Shown here in pieces: positions 57,522-64,000 of a stretch of 64,000 bases of DNA. Under the pieces are notes generated by a model, which was given only the letters and a program-made list of their open reading frames with translations, was not told the DNA's origin and made no database searches. Location: sequence record OP380601.1. The stretch is one strand, 5' to 3'. The position numbers were made by a program, and so were the translations under genes. Numbering within the stretch: position 1 is the stretch's first letter; each line of letters opens with the position of its first letter.

Positions 57522-58478
57522 ATGTCCGTTAGCAACTATGAAAAAGTCATCTCATCTATTGTTGAGATGAAAGAAAGCAAAGGTATGGGTTCCCGTGCAA
57601 TTGCTAAAGCACTCGGTATTTCTAAATCTTCAGTTAACTACTATTACGAACGTTATATGGAAGAAAATAACATAGTAGATGATATGAAGACCGGTCCCCG
57701 AGTCCTTGTTCTTGATATTGAAACCGCTCCTGTACTTGCTCACGTATGGCGATTGTTCAAGACTAACGTTGGATTGAACATGATCGACCAAGATTGGTAT
57801 ATGCTAAGTTTTGCAGCAAAATGGTTTGATAGTGATGAAATCATTTATATGGACCAACGAAACGCTAAAAACGTAGAAGATGATTCCGATATGCTCAAAG
57901 TTCTGTGGGAACTTTTGGACGAAGCAGATATTGTTCTTCACCAAAATGGTAAGCGTTTTGATATTCCAAAGATCCGCGCTCGTATGATCTTCCATAATAT
58001 GAAACCATTCTCTGGTGTAAAACATATTGATACTCTTGAGATCGCAAAGCGTACTTTCGGATTTACTTCCAATAAACTGGAATATATGACTGATACGCTG
58101 TGTAGTGACACCAAGAAATCTAAACATGCTAAATTCCCCGGTTTCGAACTGTGGAAAGAATGTCTGGCTGGCAATATGGAAGCTTGGCAAGAAATGGAAG
58201 ATTACAATATTGGTGATATCGTTTCTCTTCAAGAACTGTATGTCAAACTATCCCCATGGTCGGATCGTCTTCCAAACTTCTCCCTGTATACTGATTCTGA
58301 CGAATTCACATGTGTATGTGGTGGTCATGAGTTTGAGGATGCTGGTTTTGCTTATACCGAAGTAAGCAAATTCAAACAATATAAGTGTGTCAAGTGTGGT
58401 AAACATTGGCGCGGTCGCAAGAACCAAATTACGAAAATTAAGTCAAAACTTTTGTTGACTAATGCTCGCGAATCATAA
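57522..58478 (+). CDS. HTH + RNase H-fold (DEDD/YprB-like) exonuclease + zinc ribbon
   Basis: SRAIAKALGISKSSV, VLDIET, NGKRFD, IDTL, YNIGD, CVCG...CVKC. Confidence 0.85.
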   Translation: MSVSNYEKVISSIVEMKESKGMGSRAIAKALGISKSSVNYYYERYMEENNIVDDMKTGPRVLVLDIETAPVLAHVWRLFKTNVGLNMIDQDWYMLSFAAKWFDSDEIIYMDQRNAKNVEDDSDMLKVLWELLDEADIVLHQNGKRFDIPKIRARMIFHNMKPFSGVKHIDTLEIAKRTFGFTSNKLEYMTDTLCSDTKKSKHAKFPGFELWKECLAGNMEAWQEMEDYNIGDIVSLQELYVKLSPWSDRLPNFSLYTDSDEFTCVCGGHEFEDAGFAYTEVSKFKQYKCVKCGKHWRGRKNQITKIKSKLLLTNARES

Positions 58479-58486
58479 TAAAATAT

Positions 58487-58508
58487 AGGGAATCCTTCGG
58501 GATTCCCT
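58487..58508 (+). terminator. UUCG-tetraloop terminator
   Basis: AGGGAATCC-TTCG-GGATTCCCT-TTTT. Confidence 0.9.
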
Positions 58509-58533
58509 TTTTTATTTATAATAGGAATTGAAA

Positions 58534-58821
58534 ATGTTTAAATATAAAGTATGGTTTGCTTCGGAAGAACAAAAAGAAGAAATGATCCGGTACATCAACG
58601 AAGATGAACTAGAATCATGTAAAGTGGTTATACCATATATTAAAGAAATTGAAGTTGGTGTGAAATACGATTTTGAGTCCAATGTAAAATTAGAAACTTA
58701 TTCATATTCGGATGGTATTCTAAAAACTACACTTAACGGAAAATCTTATGGTTGTGGGATGAACCTTTTTATATCAGAAGATATTAATGAAGGTCGTGTA
58801 TGTTGTGAGGTAATAGAATGA
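58534..58821 (+). CDS. Hypothetical protein
   Basis: AGGA SD before ATG 58534. Confidence 0.75.
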   Translation: MFKYKVWFASEEQKEEMIRYINEDELESCKVVIPYIKEIEVGVKYDFESNVKLETYSYSDGILKTTLNGKSYGCGMNLFISEDINEGRVCCEVIE

Positions 58822-59111
58822 AAATTTTTCAAGAATATAAGAATGATAAGCTGATAGAAACCAAAGGCCCTTTCTCTGTTATCCGTTGTAGTCGTTATTA
58901 CCTAGTCGCTTTAATTAACGGAGAAAAAATAGAACTTGGTCAGTGTAACGACTACGAAAAAACCTATAAAAAAGGTATTGACCAATGGATATCAAAGGTT
59001 TACTCTAGGTGTGTCGATACAGAAGCTAGTTACCGTTGGCAGGCTGATAATCTTATAAAGCAGGCGGATGGTGAGAGAGAGATCATAGAACTGATAAAGT
59101 CAACGAGGTAA
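58818..59111 (+). CDS. Hypothetical protein
   Basis: ATGA overlap. Confidence 0.75.
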   Translation: MKIFQEYKNDKLIETKGPFSVIRCSRYYLVALINGEKIELGQCNDYEKTYKKGIDQWISKVYSRCVDTEASYRWQADNLIKQADGEREIIELIKSTR

Positions 59112-59115
59112 AATT

Positions 59116-59373
59116 ATGGAAATGACCGAATATTACGATTCTCTAGGTTGGAAACCATTTTCTGAACATATGTGTGACAAGATATATGAAGAAATGTTTG
59201 CTAAGTTGGTTATTCGTACAAAAGAACCAGCTTCTCCCCCATACTACAATGACGTATTTGTGGTTAACATTCAGTGGAAACAGGGACATGGTGATAACTG
59301 GTATTTCGAAACTGAAGAAGGTGAGATTTTCAAACCATATGAAGTTAAAGAATATCTATTCGATTTTAGTTGA
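59116..59373 (+). CDS. Hypothetical protein
   Basis: GAGG SD; 85 aa. Confidence 0.75.
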   Translation: MEMTEYYDSLGWKPFSEHMCDKIYEEMFAKLVIRTKEPASPPYYNDVFVVNIQWKQGHGDNWYFETEEGEIFKPYEVKEYLFDFS

Positions 59374-59398
59374 TGTATTTGATTTGGTCAGGTAGAAT
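59370..59398 (+). promoter_or_regulatory. Sigma70-type promoter TTGATG-17-TAGAAT
   Basis: 17-bp spacer. Confidence 0.6.
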
Positions 59399-59427
59399 AT
59401 CTTTATAAAATGTTCAGAGGTAGTAAA

Positions 59428-59997
59428 ATGAAAATCGTTTATGAACGTAATTGCGAATTGCCGTTTGTCCATTGTAAAGGTGTTGATATCATAACCAAAC
59501 ATCTGACTAAATTTGCATCTAATGTATCTCGGATCATAAACGATAATAATTGGGTATTTTCCATATATCAGATGGAAGGAACCGATTACGAATTTTCTCT
59601 ATATTGCGGAAAAAAAGTAAAATTGATCCGAACAATAAATCTTCATACCGGTTACTTTGAGCATGATACATTTTCTGTAGATGAAGAATTTCAGAAGTTG
59701 GGGATAACTCAATTGATGATCCGTGCGTCAGTTGATATATGCGAAGAATTATCAATTAAGAAAGTAGTTACCTCTGCGATTCTTGATGGTAGGATCGTAT
59801 GGTTGAAGAGAGGATTTATACCGTTCAACCTAGAAAAGTATTTCAACGATCTAGAATCTAATGGCCTTTTTGTGAACCAGAAAGATAGAAATGAATATTG
59901 GTTCACCAAAGAAAACATTAAAAACCATGAAAAAGTTCTTGCAAATATATCGTGGCATGGTTATGCTATGGTTGAAACATTAAAGAATTTTGTATAA
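59428..59997 (+). CDS. GNAT-like acetyltransferase-fold protein
   Basis: FSVDEEFQKLGITQLM (motif A-like), GRIVWLKRGF. Confidence 0.6.
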   Translation: MKIVYERNCELPFVHCKGVDIITKHLTKFASNVSRIINDNNWVFSIYQMEGTDYEFSLYCGKKVKLIRTINLHTGYFEHDTFSVDEEFQKLGITQLMIRASVDICEELSIKKVVTSAILDGRIVWLKRGFIPFNLEKYFNDLESNGLFVNQKDRNEYWFTKENIKNHEKVLANISWHGYAMVETLKNFV

Positions 59998-60015
59998 TAA
60001 TTTTGGAGAAATAAA

Positions 60016-60189
60016 ATGGAAGAAGTAACTGAAGTAAGGGTACATGTTAGCGGGTGTTTTGTAGTGTGTCCTCATTGTGAAAAGCATATTGATGGATGGT
60101 ATACAGATCCTCGCGGATGTGAAACTACTTGTGATTTTTGTGACAAAATCATAAAAATCCACAAAGAAGCAGATTTGGAGATTTATTAA
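60016..60189 (+). CDS. 57-aa zinc-finger-like protein (CPHC...CDFC)
   Basis: Hand translation; GGAG SD. Confidence 0.75.
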   Translation: MEEVTEVRVHVSGCFVVCPHCEKHIDGWYTDPRGCETTCDFCDKIIKIHKEADLEIY

Positions 60190-60443
60190 TGAGTCGAGTA
60201 AAAATACTTGCAAAACTCAAAAAGATAGACGAACTCCGTAGCCAGATCTATGAACTTCAATCCAAATGCCCACATAACGCAGTTATTTTAAAGCTGGGTT
60301 CAAATACGGGTAATTGGGATGGGGATGATTTGTATTGGTATGATATCGACTGTGAGGATTGTCTTAAACAATGGCGTGAAGATCAAAAAGGAAGTAATTT
60401 TAGTCCATACAATGACCCTCGGGTTGTAAAGGTAATTCGATGA
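60189..60443 (+). CDS. Hypothetical protein (CPH...CEDC)
   Basis: TAATG coupling. Confidence 0.75.
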   Translation: MSRVKILAKLKKIDELRSQIYELQSKCPHNAVILKLGSNTGNWDGDDLYWYDIDCEDCLKQWREDQKGSNFSPYNDPRVVKVIR

Positions 60444-60730
60444 ACAATAGGCTATCCAAAACTCAAAACAGAAGCGTGATATGTGCGTTTATCATGAGCG
60501 GGTGTGCAACAAAAGACACCCTTTCCGATTTCATCATATCCCTTGGTAAATCACAGTTGTATATGGATTTTACCAGCTACAAATACTTCATTGATGATTC
60601 TGTGATCTTTGCAACAGATCCTATGAATACATGGATTACCGGTGTTAGCTACGATGAACTGAATGAAGCAGTTAAAAAGAAAATAGTTGACCCTTCCAAC
60701 AAACTAGGTTATCCTGTCTCTGTTAACTAA
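60440..60730 (+). CDS. Hypothetical protein
   Basis: ATGA overlap. Confidence 0.7.
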   Translation: MNNRLSKTQNRSVICAFIMSGCATKDTLSDFIISLGKSQLYMDFTSYKYFIDDSVIFATDPMNTWITGVSYDELNEAVKKKIVDPSNKLGYPVSVN

Positions 60731-60743
60731 GAGGAACAGACCC

Positions 60744-61517
60744 ATGATCATTAAAGACCAAGCCCAATTTATAGTGGAAACTCGAATTGAAGAGATTTTG
60801 GATATTGCAAAATCTCTTTATCCGGAAATGTATGATTTTGAATACAAATTCAAAGAATGCAAAGGGGTTGCTGCTGGAAAGGCTGGCTTTAATATTGTCA
60901 ATGGGGGACGTTCATATTTCATTAAAATAAATATAGATATGATGGTTCGTGGAATGGAAGAGTGGAATCATATATTCTATGATACTATTCCACATGAAGT
61001 TGCGCACCTCGTTGATTATGTTCGTAGAGGTAAAAGCGGCCACGATACAATCTGGCGGAACATCGCCATCAGCCTTGGATGTAAAGGTAATCGTTGCCAT
61101 GACCTTGATGTGGTTGCTCGCGGAAGACACCGCTATTATATTGACGGCTTTGGAAAGGTTAATGTGAGTCAATACTCACATGATAAAATCCAAAGTGAAG
61201 ATTATGAAGGAACCGTTACTTGTGGTGGTGGTCGATACGTTGTAGAAAAGAAGCATTACGTCAATATGAACCGAATGATGGATGAGGTTCCAGATGAGTT
61301 TAAACAATATATCCATGGTATTGAGATTGTAGAAACAAGGAAAGCCGTGTGTGTATCTCCCACCGGAATACAAATGATAAAGCCGACAAAAAAGGCTATG
61401 AAATTGTGGGAAAGTGGGTATAATACTTGGGTAGACTTCAATGACAATTACGGTAAAGGTCAGTACAACACAGTATTAAATCAATACAAGTTGTGTGTCA
61501 AATGGTACGGTGCTTAA
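60744..61517 (+). CDS. SprT-like zinc metalloprotease
   Basis: AAGKA, TIPHEVAHL (HExxH), GHDTIWR...LG...RCH. Confidence 0.85.
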   Translation: MIIKDQAQFIVETRIEEILDIAKSLYPEMYDFEYKFKECKGVAAGKAGFNIVNGGRSYFIKINIDMMVRGMEEWNHIFYDTIPHEVAHLVDYVRRGKSGHDTIWRNIAISLGCKGNRCHDLDVVARGRHRYYIDGFGKVNVSQYSHDKIQSEDYEGTVTCGGGRYVVEKKHYVNMNRMMDEVPDEFKQYIHGIEIVETRKAVCVSPTGIQMIKPTKKAMKLWESGYNTWVDFNDNYGKGQYNTVLNQYKLCVKWYGA

Positions 61518-61539
61518 AAATTAATCTAAGGAATCTTAA

Positions 61540-61806
61540 ATGAAAAATGTAACTTGGTTGGATGCTGCGGCGGCAACGAATCGCGTAATGTTAGCTTGTA
61601 AACCCCATATATCAAAAGCTGGTGATAATCCTCTAAAGGTTATATATGATAACAATCTTCCGGGTATGATGAAGGATGTTGTCTATTATTGTGCGGTATA
61701 TGGTACACCGGTTGATGTGGCTATGGATATGGTAACGGTATATGATGCATGTCGTATTCTGGATGATAAAGGTTGGCTGCATTTAGATTCTGGATGTAAA
61801 CCATGA
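61540..61806 (+). CDS. Hypothetical protein
   Basis: AAGGA SD. Confidence 0.75.
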   Translation: MKNVTWLDAAAATNRVMLACKPHISKAGDNPLKVIYDNNLPGMMKDVVYYCAVYGTPVDVAMDMVTVYDACRILDDKGWLHLDSGCKP

Positions 61807-62153
61807 TCTACGGAATTGCAACAATATATTACGACAACGGTGACTTAGTTGATTTCACAATAGATTCACTTCTTGATACTGACGTTCGTAATAACGGATG
61901 TGCTTCAGAAGAGATTCATATGATATCTGATGATATTCGTGATGATCTACATAAGATGATGGTGGATAAACTTGGAACCAATATACCCAATAATGTCAAT
62001 TGTATACATCTTTCATTTTCCACTAATGTAACGTGGATTGAGTCTCACGATTATTTTAATGGGCTTGAAATTGAATCCGAGGTTTATACTCCTACGATTT
62101 TAACTTATATTGTAGACTCTAGACACAATAGAAATATTGATTATTTTGAATAA
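61803..62153 (+). CDS. Hypothetical protein
   Basis: ATGA overlap. Confidence 0.7.
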   Translation: MIYGIATIYYDNGDLVDFTIDSLLDTDVRNNGCASEEIHMISDDIRDDLHKMMVDKLGTNIPNNVNCIHLSFSTNVTWIESHDYFNGLEIESEVYTPTILTYIVDSRHNRNIDYFE

Positions 62154-62169
62154 TTATAGGGATTTTAGT

Positions 62170-62538
62170 ATGAAATATAAAGATTCTATGGCAGTTTTGC
62201 AAGAAATCTCAAACCGTAATAAAGCAAATATCGCTAAGATATTTGATAATATTTATTGTGAAATCACAGAAAATATGGTTAATACCCGAGAAATTACCAA
62301 AACTTTCACAACTGGGTATGTTGATGATTGGGTACAGCAATTTGTACCTAAGTCTATCAATTTCGATGTATCTATGGTATATAATGAAATTGTTCGTCAG
62401 TTTCCAAATTTGGGATATAATATCGAATTTGATAGAAAAAATAACACATTCGAGGTTTCTATTCGTCAAAAAGTATTAATTGAGTTTGCAAAGAATGAAT
62501 CCCAATGTAGTTATGATTGTGTATTAGATGGTATTTAA
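62170..62538 (+). CDS. Hypothetical protein
   Basis: ATG 62170 after AGGGA. Confidence 0.7.
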   Translation: MKYKDSMAVLQEISNRNKANIAKIFDNIYCEITENMVNTREITKTFTTGYVDDWVQQFVPKSINFDVSMVYNEIVRQFPNLGYNIEFDRKNNTFEVSIRQKVLIEFAKNESQCSYDCVLDGI

Positions 62539-62542
62539 AAGT

Positions 62543-62571
62543 TTGACATAATGATGTAGGTATGAGAGAAT
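62543..62571 (+). promoter_or_regulatory. Sigma70-type promoter TTGACA-17-GAGAAT overlapped by an 11-bp inverted repeat
   Basis: GATGTAGGTAT-GAGAGA-ATACCTACATC at 62553-62580. Confidence 0.65.
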
Positions 62572-62601
62572 ACCTACATCAAAACATAAGGATAATAAGT
62601 A

Positions 62602-63111
62602 ATGAGTCATTCACTATTGGATTTTTGTAAAGCATACGGTTGGAACATTTCAGAAGTAACCATGAAACTGGATGGTATGTTTATTCATAAACCTACCGGT
62701 ACTGAACTTGGATCCATTTACGATCTAAAAATTGATGTTGAAACCCGTCTGAAAAAGTTTGAACGACAGGCCAAAAAAGAGTTACGTGAAGCGGAATTGA
62801 ATGATCTGGTTCCTGCCGCGATTGAAGTTTTGACGGTAGAACTTCCAGAGGCTGAAGTTTTCAAAAACAAAACCATGCCAAATGTGAAGATGAACAATAT
62901 CCATTTTTACATTGTTCTTGGTAAAACCCTAGATTCTGATGTAATTGTACGGTTTCACCATCCAGATATGACGGGCGATCAAGTTGCACGTTACACCGGA
63001 ATGAAGGTAAAATATGAAGTAGGTCGGGAAAACAATTGTATTATTTCAGGGTTGTCTATTGAGAAGGCCGCCAGTGTAATTGAACAAGTCGCAACTATGA
63101 CTGGGGAATAA
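62602..63111 (+). CDS. Hypothetical protein
   Basis: 169 aa, AAGGA SD. Confidence 0.8.
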   Translation: MSHSLLDFCKAYGWNISEVTMKLDGMFIHKPTGTELGSIYDLKIDVETRLKKFERQAKKELREAELNDLVPAAIEVLTVELPEAEVFKNKTMPNVKMNNIHFYIVLGKTLDSDVIVRFHHPDMTGDQVARYTGMKVKYEVGRENNCIISGLSIEKAASVIEQVATMTGE

Positions 63112-63123
63112 AAGGAAAACTAT

Positions 63124-63369
63124 ATGTTGATTAAAGTTGTATTTGATAAAGATTATGAATTTGACCACATGGAACCGATTAGTGAGAAAGATGCAATGAA
63201 GGAATTAATATTCCTACAATCGGGTGTCATCTACATTGCAGATGTATCAGATCGTCAGTATGCTCATCTTCAAAATGTTGAGTCTGATACTATGCGTGAT
63301 GAAATGGTTGATATTGAGGATGGTGGTGGTATCATTGCTATGTTGAATAAAGAAAGACTGGTAGGTTAA
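63124..63369 (+). CDS. Small acidic protein, paralog of 63596-63856
   Basis: MLIKVVFDKDYEF. Confidence 0.75.
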   Translation: MLIKVVFDKDYEFDHMEPISEKDAMKELIFLQSGVIYIADVSDRQYAHLQNVESDTMRDEMVDIEDGGGIIAMLNKERLVG

Positions 63370-63370
63370 T

Positions 63371-63592
63371 ATGAAAAGTAAAAATAATAGTCCTTTTCAA
63401 AAACGAAAACCCAGTAGTCGTTTTAAAGTTGTTGGCACTCCACAAAAGTTTTATATTTGGGACGAAAAAGCTGAAAAATCATGTAGGATTAATTCAAAAT
63501 GGATCTCGGGTAATGTAAATCTTTATCATAATTTGAGGAATTCCGGTAAAGAAGAATACGAACTTCTTTGTAAAAATATTATGGAGAGTTGA
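63371..63592 (+). CDS. Hypothetical basic protein
   Basis: 73-aa ORF. Confidence 0.65.
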   Translation: MKSKNNSPFQKRKPSSRFKVVGTPQKFYIWDEKAEKSCRINSKWISGNVNLYHNLRNSGKEEYELLCKNIMES

Positions 63593-63595
63593 TAT

Positions 63596-63856
63596 ATGTT
63601 GCTTAAAATCGTTTTGGATGATGAATATAAGTTTTCTTGTTGGGATGTTGTAAATCCATCCAATGAAAATGTAATATCTGCTCTTACTTCTGTATCTGTA
63701 GGGTGTGTTGTCATACTAAATCTTTGTGAAGATTCCGCCGATCATTTGGTGCTTTGTTCTAAAGGAGATCATGATGATTTCCTAGAAGCTCTAAATTCTT
63801 ATGATGAAAGTGGTTGCGTTGTCGCGAAAATCCATTATAATGAAATTCATAATTGA
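63596..63856 (+). CDS. Small acidic protein, paralog of 63124-63369
   Basis: MLLKIVLDDEYKF. Confidence 0.75.
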   Translation: MLLKIVLDDEYKFSCWDVVNPSNENVISALTSVSVGCVVILNLCEDSADHLVLCSKGDHDDFLEALNSYDESGCVVAKIHYNEIHN

Positions 63857-63872
63857 AAATAAAGAGGTTGGT

Positions 63873-64000
63873 ATGCTTATAGATCAGTTTGGTGAATCTT
63901 TGATGTATCTCGTTGGTTCTAATGAATTTTTCATAAACCCGTATAATGCAAGAGTTGTTTCTGGTGGGGAATCAGGCCGAAAGGTTAAAATGGTTTGTGA
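63873..64000 (+). CDS. Hypothetical protein, runs off the right edge
   Basis: GAGG SD, ATG 63873, open to the window end. Confidence 0.6.
   Translation, partial: MLIDQFGESLMYLVGSNEFFINPYNARVVSGGESGRKVKMVC

Noticed and set aside
658-61447. Many ORF-track entries antisense to or nested in core genes (e.g. 658-1095, 6812-7207, 10942-11463, 38254-38658, 49201-49653, 57804-58232)
   Set aside because: Shadow frames of well-supported genes, without SD or recognisable motifs
1-64000. tRNA genes, CRISPR arrays, transposases, inteins
   Set aside because: No cloverleaf, spaced direct repeats, transposase motifs or intein-sized insertions noticed by eye; tRNAscan and CRISPR finders were not run

Overview
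A 64-kb core segment of a large T4-like myophage (Straboviridae). From memory, UvsX and NrdH closely resemble those of Aeromonas phage 65/CC2-type phages; this is not verified by search. Positions 1-13.8 kb are mostly minus strand: rnl2, uvsY, dda, ligase gp30, gp32, gp59, gp33, dsbA and rnh, with uvsW/uvsW.1 on the plus strand. Then come tail fibre genes 34 and a very long 35, a GIY-YIG nuclease, and one cluster of nrdA-B-D-G, grcA, nrdC and nrdH. The replication/recombination block follows (55, 47, 46, 45, 44, 62, regA, split 43A/43B, uvsX, 40, 41, 61, dUTPase, dexA, fused 39+60), then rIIA/rIIB and small accessory genes. I saw no tRNA, CRISPR array, intron or hydroxymethylcytosine-modification gene. 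Most notable observations: (1) rIIB carries an N-terminal acyl-carrier-protein-like domain in which the phosphopantetheine Ser is Gly (possible ACP mimic); (2) a promoter class TGTTCATRG-N14-TGN-TAKAAT lies upstream of genes that have middle promoters in T4; (3) the late promoter appears to be CTAAATA; (4) an orphan promoter in a structured intergenic region may mark an origin or sRNA; (5) Dda has a ~200-aa N-terminal fusion; (6) one gene probably starts at AUU. Family assignments rest on recognised motifs and recalled T4 sequences, not on database searches.
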